A stretch of 64,000 bases of DNA from a virus. Below, piece by piece: positions 1 through 8,627 of this stretch. Position 1 is the first letter of the stretch, and each line of letters begins with the position of its first letter. Under the pieces are notes generated by a model. It was not told where the DNA came from. It saw nothing but the letters and a program-made list of their open reading frames with translations, and did not search any database. The stretch is taken from the IMG/VR virus record IMGVR_UViG_3300036818_000070, positions 1 through 64,000 of that record, one strand, 5' to 3'. The translations under genes were made by a program, and so were the position numbers.

Positions 1-38
1 CGCGACCGCGGACGCGGGTTCAATTCCCGCCGTCTCCA
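1..38 (+). ncRNA. ssrA: 3' end of tmRNA (or tmRNA-derived att core); truncated by window edge
   Basis: GGAC-GCGGG-TTCAATT-CCCGC-CGTCTCCA: T-arm plus acceptor 3' strand with U70 (Ala identity), preceded by GGAC as in tmRNAs; no encoded CCA. Confidence 0.75.
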
Positions 39-150
39 CTCAGTAACGACGCCCCGCAAGAGGGCGAATCACCCCGCCAGCCCTAGTGAAATAGGGCGAA
101 ACGGGGCGAAGACTTCCGAAGCCGGGAACCCCGGAAACACTGGGGATTGG

Positions 151-200
151 GCAGCTTGCTACCGAAGTGCCGGTAGCAAGCTGCTACCGGCTGCTACCGG
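151..200. repeat. 14-bp perfect inverted repeat plus tandem CTGCTACCGG repeats (TGCTACCG x4)
   Basis: GCAGCTTGCTACCG(151-164)/CGGTAGCAAGCTGC(171-184); direct copies at 157, 182, 192. Confidence 0.85.
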
Positions 201-479
201 CTGGTCAACTATTCGGCCGAATAGTTGGCACCCCCCCGATTCCGGTCAAGTTGTCTTGCCCCCCCACCTGGCGCGCGAGGGTTTGCCCGTTCCTGATACG
301 CGGGCCAACGGCGCAGACGCCCCCGACTCGCTGGCACGCGGTCGGGTAGCGGCCCGTGCTCTTGCGCGTAGCGCGCCCGGCCGCTCCGTTGCCGAGCGCT
401 TCCTTGACGCGCTCGTGTTTGGCGACGGGCGGCCGGGCGACCCCCCTGACGAGGCCGTCGAGCGCGCACGAGAGGCGGC

Positions 480-1046
480 GTGCTGGTGAGCCGGTTCAGC
501 GACGAGTACGAGGAGGACGCCTGGTACGCCAACGCGGGGGCGCTCTGGCAGGCGAACCTGCGCCGGGCGCTTGTGGGTCGGCGTGGCCAGCGCGCGCTCA
601 GGGAGCTGCGCGAGGCGCTGCTGGCGCTGCCCGAGAAGCGGCTGATCGCCGGGGCGCTGTGCACCGTCGGCGCCCGCACTCGACCCGAGCCGGACTACGG
701 CGAGTTCGGCCTGAAGTGGTACCGCAAGGGGCTGGAAGAGACGCTTGACACCGAAGGCGAGGGCGTCTGCGCGATCGGCGCCTACCTCTGGCATCGCAAG
801 GTCAAGTCCGGCGTGGACCCCGAGCGGGCGTTCGAGGAGCTGCCGATGCTGCTCGGCTCGGAGGGTGGTGGCGATTACGAGACAGCACAGGCGGGCGCAG
901 ACGCGGGCCTGACCTTCACTCTCGCCTGGGGGCTTGCCTACCGCAACGACGCGCTGCTCGAAGCGGCCACGCCGGAGGAGCGCTACGAGTCGTTCCTCGC
1001 ATGGATTGACGACCAGCTCATCGAGCCGGAGGTAGCTGTCAAGTGA
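480..1046 (+). CDS. hypothetical phage protein
   Basis: 188-aa ORF, GC3-rich codons, GAGG upstream. Confidence 0.7.
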   Translation: MLVSRFSDEYEEDAWYANAGALWQANLRRALVGRRGQRALRELREALLALPEKRLIAGALCTVGARTRPEPDYGEFGLKWYRKGLEETLDTEGEGVCAIGAYLWHRKVKSGVDPERAFEELPMLLGSEGGGDYETAQAGADAGLTFTLAWGLAYRNDALLEAATPEERYESFLAWIDDQLIEPEVAVK

Positions 1047-1188
1047 CTTGCAGCCAGCAAGGGGACGCGCTGCGTCTCGTCAACGCAACAGAGGAGGAAG
1101 TGAGCCACCGTTCTACGGCGGCCCGTCTGAGGCTGGACGGGCGAGGCAAGGTAAGAAGTCGCCGAAGCCGCAGGGCGCGGTCAACACT

Positions 1189-1602
1189 ATGTGGAGCCTA
1201 CTCAGAGTGTCGGTGGCACTCGCCGCAGCCAGCTTCTCGCTGGGGCACGCGGCACACAAGCCGCATCACCACCCAAAGCCAATCGACCCTATGGCCCAGC
1301 TCGCGGCCAAGCACGGCTGGGGGGCCGCGCAGGTTCGATACGAGTGGGACGTGCTCTGGCGCGAGTCCCGCTCGACGTCCGGTCATCTCAACTTGTGGGC
1401 CACGAACGGTCACTGCTGGGGCTCGGGCCAGCTCAGCGACGTTGGCAGCGCTTACGGGGCGACTGCCGTCTATCGCTACTACGGGGGCAACTACGCAACC
1501 GTCCGTGGCCAGGAAACCGCTGACCTCAACTACATCGTGCGCCACGGCTACGGCACACCAGAACACGCATGGGAGCACGAGCTGGCGTACGGCTGGTACT
1601 AG
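1189..1602 (+). CDS. secreted lytic transglycosylase-like (lysozyme-fold) protein
   Basis: Signal-peptide-like N-terminus; LWRES...WGSGQL...YIVRHGYGTPEHAWEH...GWY matches actinobacterial transglycosylase C-terminal pattern. Confidence 0.7.
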   Translation: MWSLLRVSVALAAASFSLGHAAHKPHHHPKPIDPMAQLAAKHGWGAAQVRYEWDVLWRESRSTSGHLNLWATNGHCWGSGQLSDVGSAYGATAVYRYYGGNYATVRGQETADLNYIVRHGYGTPEHAWEHELAYGWY

Positions 1603-1671
1603 AGATCACGATGATGCCCGGCGCGCTGAGTGTGGAGCGAGCAGCGCGCCGGGCCGCGAGAGGGGAAACAC

Positions 1672-1926
1672 ATGAAGCCAGTCCACTTCGACGGCGAGAC
1701 TGACGTCTTCCACGTCATCCAGCACGGCGAGATCGTGCCCGACACCGAGCTGCCACTGGCCATCGTGGACAGTGCGGACCACGGCAAGACGATGACCAGC
1801 GTCTGGATGCTGGACGACGCCGAGCGCGAGGCCGTCGCGAACGGCGCCAACATCGAGCTGCGCACCTACGGCCCAGCGACCCCGCCGGTGTCACTGGCGG
1901 TCTCGACCCGCGAGGTCACGTCGTGA
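1672..1926 (+). CDS. hypothetical protein
   Basis: SD GAGGGG, overlaps next gene. Confidence 0.65.
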   Translation: MKPVHFDGETDVFHVIQHGEIVPDTELPLAIVDSADHGKTMTSVWMLDDAEREAVANGANIELRTYGPATPPVSLAVSTREVTS

Positions 1927-2264
1927 GCCGAGGCAAGCGCAAGCACCCGCACGCGCCATACAAGGCGCCGGAGTCCTTCGAGGAATACAACGCGCTCTAC
2001 CTCAAGAACACGGAGATCACGGGCTTCGGCTTCGACGTCACCCAGCACTTCCCATGCCCATGCTGCGCGGCGCCGGATTGGCTCGTCGTCAGGCTGCTCG
2101 ACTTCCAGCAGGACCACATCGCGACGTGCCGCGTCTGCAAGCGTACCGTCCAGCTTCAGTACGACAGTACGCCGGGCGGCTCCGAAATGCGGGCCATTCA
2201 GACCGGGGGAGATGACCTGCCCGGCTGGTTCCCAACCATTATTCCGCGAGGCGTGGCTCGATGA
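1923..2264 (+). CDS. zinc-finger-like hypothetical protein
   Basis: CPCC and CRVC pairs. Confidence 0.6.
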   Translation: MSRGKRKHPHAPYKAPESFEEYNALYLKNTEITGFGFDVTQHFPCPCCAAPDWLVVRLLDFQQDHIATCRVCKRTVQLQYDSTPGGSEMRAIQTGGDDLPGWFPTIIPRGVAR

Positions 2265-2461
2265 TCTCAGGTGACTGGACGGAGCTGAAGCCCTACCGGG
2301 TCGAGTGGCGTGCGGACCTGATCTGCGGGTGGGTGCTCGCCAAGTCCTGTGACACCCACGACGAGGCGCGTGAGAAGATGAAGGAGCAGCACGAGCAGCA
2401 CGGCGGCCAGGTGCGCGTCGTGACCCAGCACGCCATCGACGCAACGGGGCTCGGAGCGTGA
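2261..2461 (+). CDS. hypothetical protein
   Basis: ATGA/GTGA coupled overlaps. Confidence 0.6.
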   Translation: MISGDWTELKPYRVEWRADLICGWVLAKSCDTHDEAREKMKEQHEQHGGQVRVVTQHAIDATGLGA

Positions 2462-2865
2462 CCGAGACCTACGAGATCACCGTGCATGAGGCGCCGCACT
2501 CCAATAACCGGGGTGGCGGCGGCTCGCGCAGCAACAAGTACGTGGCCGCCAAGGAAAAGAAGCGCTGGGAGGGCCTGTTCCTCGTGGAGTTCATGGTCGC
2601 CAAGGTACGCAAGGGCATGACGTTCTGCGCGGTCGAGATCGAGCTTCACTTCCCACGCCCCAACCACCGCGATGAGGAGAACTTTCGTCAGTCCGTAGTG
2701 AAGCCGCTCGCGGACGCGCTCCAGCAGGGCGGCTACCTGCCGGACGACACCAGCGCCGAATTCAAGGTGCGCGACCTCAAGCTGGTAGAGGGCGAGAAAC
2801 CGTGGCCGTACGGCCCGTTCGTGCGGGGCTACACGAAGATCAGACTGGAGGCGACCTACGCATGA
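2458..2865 (+). CDS. rusA: RusA-like Holliday junction resolvase
   Basis: RDEEN...KPLADAL..GG.LPDD motif. Confidence 0.7.
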   Translation: MTETYEITVHEAPHSNNRGGGGSRSNKYVAAKEKKRWEGLFLVEFMVAKVRKGMTFCAVEIELHFPRPNHRDEENFRQSVVKPLADALQQGGYLPDDTSAEFKVRDLKLVEGEKPWPYGPFVRGYTKIRLEATYA

Positions 2866-3032
2866 GCTTCTGGGCCTACGTGGGCGTCGGCGTCCTCGTC
2901 TTCTATGCAGTTCTGGCGCTGCTGATTATGACGGACCCCTGGCGTCATCGCCGCTTCATGCGGCGCGAGGAACGGCGCTTCAACGAGAACTTCGACACGG
3001 AGGTTGGGGAATGGCTGAAGCCGAGACAGTGA
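2862..3032 (+). CDS. small membrane protein
   Basis: One hydrophobic helix, ATGA overlap. Confidence 0.6.
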   Translation: MSFWAYVGVGVLVFYAVLALLIMTDPWRHRRFMRREERRFNENFDTEVGEWLKPRQ

Positions 3033-3211
3033 CCGGCGAGCGTCCACCGCTGACGCTGTCGCAGGACCAGATGCAGAACGCCTGCCCGACGGTTGGCCCG
3101 AAGACGCAGATGGCGATGATCGGCCGAGCGGTGTACGTCAAGCACGCGGGCGAGTGGCTACTGCTCGACGCCGACCGGCACGGCTACCCGCCACTGGGTC
3201 ATGGCTCGTGA
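3011..3211 (+). CDS. hypothetical protein
   Basis: In-operon ORF. Confidence 0.5.
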   Translation: MAEAETVTGERPPLTLSQDQMQNACPTVGPKTQMAMIGRAVYVKHAGEWLLLDADRHGYPPLGHGS

Positions 3212-3374
3212 CGCCGAGCCACAGCCAAACGAGGAGGCCGACGCGGAGGACGTCCACAGCGGGCTCAACGGCTACGTCAACACCCAGCACCCGTCGCTCG
3301 GTGGCATCGACTGGCCCTTCACCATCTTCGACCTGATCGGCAAGGACGCCGACCGACGCTACGACGACCGATGA
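3201..3374 (+). CDS. small acidic hypothetical protein (57 aa, below ORF-track cutoff)
   Basis: Translated by hand: MARDAEPQPNEE...YDDR; ATGA overlap with next gene. Confidence 0.55.
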   Translation: MARDAEPQPNEEADAEDVHSGLNGYVNTQHPSLGGIDWPFTIFDLIGKDADRRYDDR

Positions 3375-4036
3375 CAGCGATACCCACAGAATCAGTGACA
3401 CTTCAGGAGCTTGCACAGTTCATGCAGGACGGCGCGTGGCTGGACCTCGGCACCGAGGACGGCGTGCTTGAGCGCGTGCGCATCACGGAGATCAGAGTGC
3501 GCCCACGCGGCGACGACCTCATGCTCCGGCAGGAGTGGGTGATCGCCGACCAGCGGCTTCATCGCGAAATCGAGATCGACGCCGAGTCGGTGTGGCGCGC
3601 TAAGCCGACCAGACTGGACATCTTCGAGGTCAGGTCGCCATACAAGGCGCGCGATGGCGTCGCCAAACCCGACGCGGCGTTCGGGGCAATCACCACGGCT
3701 ATCGCCATGCACGAAGGGTTCGATATCCAGCAGCTCACCGGGATGGCCCCAGTCGGCGAGTTCGAGTTCGGCAGACTTATCGCCTGTCGTCATGTCGGAA
3801 TCTTGCTTCAGTACGGCATGACAGCAGAGTCGATGACCGAGGCAAGCTTCCGCTTCGGCTACAGCTCGCCACAGCCGTACTACACGGCCAGGGAGAAGCT
3901 CGAAAAGAACGACGGCGGCATCGCGACACTGCTACGTAAGTGCGTGCAGACCTGTGCCCATCAGCTCGGCGGCGTACCGTGTAAGCCACTGCTCGATCGA
4001 GACTTCCCTGAGCTTGCCGGAGTGCTCGGCGGATGA
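3371..4036 (+). CDS. hypothetical protein with C-terminal DnaA-domain-IV-like HTH
   Basis: RLIACRHVGILLQYGMTAESMTEASFRFG...AREKLEK resembles the DnaA DNA-binding domain. Confidence 0.45.
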   Translation: MTAIPTESVTLQELAQFMQDGAWLDLGTEDGVLERVRITEIRVRPRGDDLMLRQEWVIADQRLHREIEIDAESVWRAKPTRLDIFEVRSPYKARDGVAKPDAAFGAITTAIAMHEGFDIQQLTGMAPVGEFEFGRLIACRHVGILLQYGMTAESMTEASFRFGYSSPQPYYTAREKLEKNDGGIATLLRKCVQTCAHQLGGVPCKPLLDRDFPELAGVLGG

Positions 4037-4227
4037 TTCCCGACACACCACAGCAGGAGTGGGTGGAGTGCACCGTCAAGGACGGCCACAAGCAGCTCGG
4101 TTACTGGCGCAGGCACCCGCGCAGCCAGCGCATCATCTGCGTGAAGTGTCACCCGCCAGCGACACGCGAGCTAACCACCGTGAAGCGGCTCGATGCCATC
4201 GCTAGGGCCGCTGGAGCGCGACGATGA
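4033..4227 (+). CDS. small Cys/His protein
   Basis: CVKCH motif, coupled overlaps. Confidence 0.55.
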   Translation: MIPDTPQQEWVECTVKDGHKQLGYWRRHPRSQRIICVKCHPPATRELTTVKRLDAIARAAGARR

Positions 4228-4367
4228 GTAAGCGCCGGAAGGTCAGTCCCTACAAGGTCGCCTGCCCGCGCTGTGGCGCCGGGCGCGGCGAGCGCTGTCG
4301 CCGGAAGGTCAACGTCCCGCACGCCGCGCGAGGGGTCGCTGCGAACGGGAAGTGGAGGCGCTGGTGA
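4224..4367 (+). CDS. small zinc-finger protein (47 aa)
   Basis: Translated by hand: ACPRCGAGRGERC...H; GTGA overlap with nuclease. Confidence 0.5.
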   Translation: MSKRRKVSPYKVACPRCGAGRGERCRRKVNVPHAARGVAANGKWRRW

Positions 4368-5581
4368 AACTCCCCAACGACAGCATTGGCATCTCGGACA
4401 TCAACGAGTACCGCGACTGCCCGCAGAGCTTTGTGTTCGGCATGCGTCGCCACGTCGAGCTGCCAGAGCGGCTCCAGCTAGAGCCTGGCGAGCGCGACGA
4501 GGCGCCGGAGTCGGTCGCGGCATCCACCGTCTACGGCTCGGCCATCCACGAGGCCATCAGCCACGTCGAGACCGGGCATACTCACGAGGTCGCGATCGAC
4601 CTGGCGCTCCAGGTCTACGGCACATGGCTGACACCCGACGACGTCCAGCTCCTGCGGGAAGACCTGGACACCTACGAGCTGCGGCATCCGCGGGACGCCG
4701 AGCTGGTGGCCTGCGAGCGCGACATGCGTGTGCCGCTGTTCGTTGACGATGACGGTACGCAGATCTACTACAGGTTCAAGCTGGACGTACTGTTCCGGCT
4801 AAAGGCGCACCCCGACGTCTACATCCACCGTGACTACAAGTCCTCGGCGCATCGCAAGACGTCGGTCGAGGTTCATAAGGACCCGCAGATGTGGTCGTAC
4901 AACTGGGCCATCCACGAACTGTGGCCGGAGTGCCGACAACTGTTCCAGGAATACGACCAACTCAAGTTCGGCGTCGAGCGCACATCGAAGAACGATCAGC
5001 AGCGGGCGCAGATCAAGCAGTGGCTGATCGACAACGTCAAGATCATCTTGCGCGACGAGACCTTCAAGCCGAAGATCAACGAATGGTGCCGATGGTGCCC
5101 GCTCGTGGTCACCTGCCGGGAGACGCACCGCGCCACCGAATTCTGGCGCGGCAGGCTTGCCCTCACGGCCCCCATGACCAAGGAGGGCGCCAAGGTGAAG
5201 GTCGCCCTACTGGACGAGGGGCTGGAGCTGGAGCGGCTGATACGCGACGAGCTGCCGCGGATGCAGCAGGCCCGCAAGCACATCGAGCACGTCGAGAAGC
5301 TGCTGAAGTCCGTCATCGAGGGGATGAGCCTGGAGGAGCGCGAGCGCGTCGGCTGGCGGATCAGCGAGCGCCGGTCCAAGACCATCCCGCCGGAGGCTCT
5401 CCGCGAGCTGCACAGCATGCTCGGTGACAGCTTCTATCACTTGGTCTCGATGTCGATGAAGCGGCTCGAAGATTTCGTAGGCGCGCCGAAGAAAGGGGAG
5501 CCGGTTCCGGCTGAACTCCAGTTGGCGCGAGACATGGCATTGGAGGACACCACCAGTTCGACCCTGGTTGCCGCAAACTGA
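4364..5581 (+). CDS. PD-(D/E)XK (RecB/Cas4-like) exonuclease with Fe-S cysteines
   Basis: ISDINEYRDCP, GSAIH, KLD...DYKS, CRWCP...C; SD GGAGG. Confidence 0.85.
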   Translation: MKLPNDSIGISDINEYRDCPQSFVFGMRRHVELPERLQLEPGERDEAPESVAASTVYGSAIHEAISHVETGHTHEVAIDLALQVYGTWLTPDDVQLLREDLDTYELRHPRDAELVACERDMRVPLFVDDDGTQIYYRFKLDVLFRLKAHPDVYIHRDYKSSAHRKTSVEVHKDPQMWSYNWAIHELWPECRQLFQEYDQLKFGVERTSKNDQQRAQIKQWLIDNVKIILRDETFKPKINEWCRWCPLVVTCRETHRATEFWRGRLALTAPMTKEGAKVKVALLDEGLELERLIRDELPRMQQARKHIEHVEKLLKSVIEGMSLEERERVGWRISERRSKTIPPEALRELHSMLGDSFYHLVSMSMKRLEDFVGAPKKGEPVPAELQLARDMALEDTTSSTLVAAN

Positions 5582-5588
5582 GAGAAAA

Positions 5589-5880
5589 AGACGGACTGTT
5601 CCGCCGCGTGGCTGGTTACAGTTCGTCTACAAAGAGCAACAGCCCCACTGACGACCCGGAGTCTGGCGGACGAAGGTCGGAGCGAGGCCGTTGCAGGGAT
5701 GATGTGCGGTTCCGAGGAACCCGAGACCCACTAGGGGTGATTCGGGTTTCTTCGGGGCCGAACGCTGTTGAGAGTAGCAAGCGGTCGGACGGAACCGCAA
5801 CTGGCCTGGCGGACAGTTGCAAAAGGGATGATGAAAGTGACGAATAGCGGGGAAACTGTGCGCGCTCCGTTCGGGGCGCG
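5589..5880 (+). promoter_or_regulatory. structured intergenic leader upstream of replication initiator
   Basis: At least five stems in ~290 nt; see findings. Confidence 0.5.
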
Positions 5881-5883
5881 GCG

Positions 5884-6837
5884 ATGAGTATTGAGGCTCT
5901 GTGTTGGGCCTGGAAGCAGGAGCTGCCCAGCGCGGGTCGCAAGCTCGTTCTCGTCGCCCTCGCCGACGCAGCCCACGAGGACGGCGAATGCTGGCCGAGC
6001 TACAAGACCCTCGCCAAGAAGACGGGACTGGCAGCCGCCACGGTGCGCGGCTACGTGACCGACCTCGGTGACGCTGGACTGTTGAAGAAGGAGGCGCGAG
6101 AGCGGTCTGACGGCTCCCAGACGAGCAATCGCTACTGGCTCCAGATCGAGGGTGCGGACGGGTCGGCAGGCCCTGGCGACGCGCAGCGTAGTGCGGACGG
6201 GGCCGCGGCCGTGGGTGCGGACGGGTCAGCACCCCACTACGTTGAACCCAAAGCTGAACCAACAACTAAACCCAACGGGCAGGAGTCGCTGCTACCGAGC
6301 GATGTCCCGCCCCCCAAGACGAGCCCCGTCGCCGAGATCTGGGCGCACTACCAGACGGTCGTCCCCAATGCCCAGCGACGCGTGCTGGACGGTCGGCGCA
6401 GGCGCATCATCGAGAAGGCGTTGAAGGTGCGCACCGTCGAGGACTGCATCGGGGCGATCACCGGCCTCTCACGGTCGGACTTCCATCGAGGCCAGAACGA
6501 TCGGCGAAAGGCGTACCTGGACATCGAATACGCGCTCGGGCTCCAGTCGGAATCGCCAGACAAGCGCATTGATGACTGGCTGGAGAAGCTCGGGCAGCGC
6601 GGCTCGGCGCACGATGCCGTGCAGGCGCGGCTCGCCGACATCCCGCAGGACCGCAAGCACATCGTCAGCACTGACATTCAGCGTGTCAAGGCCCGCTTCT
6701 CTCGGCCGCAGCACGAGCCCACTGTCCGCATGGGGCGAGAGGCAGAGGCAGCGCTGCGCGAGTACCCAGGCATCGAGGTCATCGAGAACGAGGACGGCTC
6801 GTTCGCAGGCTGGAGGCTAGTCAATGACCCAATGTAA
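5884..6837 (+). CDS. phage replication initiator (N-terminal winged HTH)
   Basis: MSIEALCWAW...KLVLVALADAA...CWPSYKTLAKKTGL...TSNRY; upstream of DnaB. Confidence 0.8.
   Translation: MSIEALCWAWKQELPSAGRKLVLVALADAAHEDGECWPSYKTLAKKTGLAAATVRGYVTDLGDAGLLKKEARERSDGSQTSNRYWLQIEGADGSAGPGDAQRSADGAAAVGADGSAPHYVEPKAEPTTKPNGQESLLPSDVPPPKTSPVAEIWAHYQTVVPNAQRRVLDGRRRRIIEKALKVRTVEDCIGAITGLSRSDFHRGQNDRRKAYLDIEYALGLQSESPDKRIDDWLEKLGQRGSAHDAVQARLADIPQDRKHIVSTDIQRVKARFSRPQHEPTVRMGREAEAALREYPGIEVIENEDGSFAGWRLVNDPM
6152..6276 (+). repeat. putative origin: GTGCGGACGGG iterons x3 plus A-rich tract
   Basis: Copies at 6152, 6191, 6215; A/C-rich 6241-6276. Confidence 0.55.
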
Positions 6838-7195
6838 ATCGCGGCGTAAGTGGAAGCCGAAGTGGATTGGCAAACGGTTTAGCCCACGCAAGTACGAGCA
6901 CCATCACGAGCTGCACACCTACGAGGAGGCTCTTGTCCTCCGCGTCATCGCGGAGCGTGGCGGCTACGGCGACCCGCCACAGTGGTGCCGCGACGAGCCC
7001 GAGCGCTGGAACCGCAAGCAACTCGACATGACGTTCGAGCGACTCCGGCGCAAGGGGCTCGTGACCTTCCACGGCCGTCGGATCAGCCGCAACCGTTTCG
7101 AGGTCCGGGTCCACCGGATCAGCCGCAACCGTTTCGAGGTCCGGGTCCACTATGACTACCGCCTGTTGCGCGTCGGCGCGAGGGAGGACGCGTGA
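6824..7195 (+). CDS. basic hypothetical protein with internal duplication
   Basis: RISRNRFEVRVH x2. Confidence 0.6.
   Translation: MTQCKSRRKWKPKWIGKRFSPRKYEHHHELHTYEEALVLRVIAERGGYGDPPQWCRDEPERWNRKQLDMTFERLRRKGLVTFHGRRISRNRFEVRVHRISRNRFEVRVHYDYRLLRVGAREDA
7079..7150 (+). repeat. perfect 36-bp tandem duplication
   Basis: 7079-7114 identical to 7115-7150. Confidence 0.95.
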
Positions 7196-8610
7196 GCGAC
7201 ATGCTTCCGGTCGCCGCTGGCGGCAGCATGCTGGTGGCGCCGACGAACACGGCTGCCGAATGGTCCGTGCTCGCGCACATGCTCTATGACCAGGCGTTGA
7301 TCGGCGAGGTTGTTGGGGTGCCGCTGGAGACGGGCGACTTCAGTCAGCCTGACACCCGGCTGATCTACGGCGCAACGATCGGCCGCTACTACGCCAACGA
7401 GTCTGTGGACCCGTTGATCGTCGGCGAGCTGGTGCGCGAGGAGCTGGCCAGCTACTGGGGCGCGGACCCATCGAGCGTGGCGCAGCTCCTGCGCAGGCGC
7501 GCCGCCGACGCGCGGGTCTCGGGCACGGTGCTGGAGCACGCCGCTATCGTCAAGCGGCTCTCGACGTCGCGCAAGCTGCTTGAGGCGTGTGTGCATGCGA
7601 TCGGCGCGATCAACAGCGGCGAGCTGACACCAGAAGAGATCGGCGACAAGCTCTCCGGCGAGGCGCTCCAGGTCACGGCCGGGATGGTGAAGCGCACTGA
7701 GATCAGGGACTGGATGACGGTCGGCCGCGACTACGTGCTCCAGCTTCAGCGCGTCATCCAGGCCAAGCAGCAGGGGCTAGAGATCGGCGTCTACACCGGA
7801 CTCCCGTTCATTGATGACTGGACGACCGGCATCGGTCCGGGCGAGCTGTGCTTCCTGGCGGGCGACCCCGGTGGCGGCAAGACGGCGTTGGCGTGGTGCG
7901 CCGGGATGGGCTTCGCCTATCGACAGGCGCGTCGGCCGACCGACCAGCAGGTCGGAACACTCGTGCTGTCGATGGAGATGAACGACTACAGCTCGACAGC
8001 GCGACTGGTGTCCAACATCACCGGCATCGACGGGACGGTGCTACGCGAGGGTGCGATCACCCAGGAGATGTACCGCTCGATTCTCAGCGAATGGAAAAAC
8101 CGCGAGAACCTGCCGATCTACTTCAACTTCTCGCCGAACTTCCGGCTGTCACAGATGCGAGCCCTCATCGCCGAGGCGATCAGGCGAGCGAACGTCGGCT
8201 TCATCATCATCGACCACTTCAAGATGATCGACACGGATCGGCACTACCAGAACTCGAACCAGGAGGACGAGGCCAAGGTCCGTTTCATCAAGGAGAACAT
8301 TGCGCGAGAGCTGAACGTCGCTGTCATGTGTATCGCGCACACAGTGAAGGTGGGACGTGGACAGGGCGGCGAGTCACCGCGCCCACGTCTCAGCGACCTT
8401 CGAGGCTCTGGCCAGATAGCGGCATTCGCCGACTTCGTGGCTATGGCCTGGAACCCGAACGCCTACACGTCGGACGACGCTCGGGATCTACTGGACGCAC
8501 CAAGTGATGACGGGGCGCGAGAACTGCTCTGGGTCAAGAACCGCTTTGGCACACCGTCGTCGGCGCCCTACAAGTTCGACGCCCCACGTATGCGCGTGAC
8601 AGCGCACTAA
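7192..8610 (+). CDS. dnaB: DnaB-like replicative helicase
   Basis: Walker A GDPGGGKT, SMEM, IIIDH, LSDLRGSGQI, KNRFG. Confidence 0.93.
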   Translation: MSDMLPVAAGGSMLVAPTNTAAEWSVLAHMLYDQALIGEVVGVPLETGDFSQPDTRLIYGATIGRYYANESVDPLIVGELVREELASYWGADPSSVAQLLRRRAADARVSGTVLEHAAIVKRLSTSRKLLEACVHAIGAINSGELTPEEIGDKLSGEALQVTAGMVKRTEIRDWMTVGRDYVLQLQRVIQAKQQGLEIGVYTGLPFIDDWTTGIGPGELCFLAGDPGGGKTALAWCAGMGFAYRQARRPTDQQVGTLVLSMEMNDYSSTARLVSNITGIDGTVLREGAITQEMYRSILSEWKNRENLPIYFNFSPNFRLSQMRALIAEAIRRANVGFIIIDHFKMIDTDRHYQNSNQEDEAKVRFIKENIARELNVAVMCIAHTVKVGRGQGGESPRPRLSDLRGSGQIAAFADFVAMAWNPNAYTSDDARDLLDAPSDDGARELLWVKNRFGTPSSAPYKFDAPRMRVTAH

Positions 8611-8627
8611 AGCAACGAGAGGACAGC

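Noticed and set aside
72-108. Hammerhead ribozyme (stem followed by GAAAC)
   Set aside because: The required CTGANGA core is absent.
4364-5581. Cas4-like nuclease as evidence of CRISPR-Cas
   Set aside because: No repeat-spacer array or other cas genes seen; stand-alone Cas4/RecB-like nucleases are common in phage replication modules.
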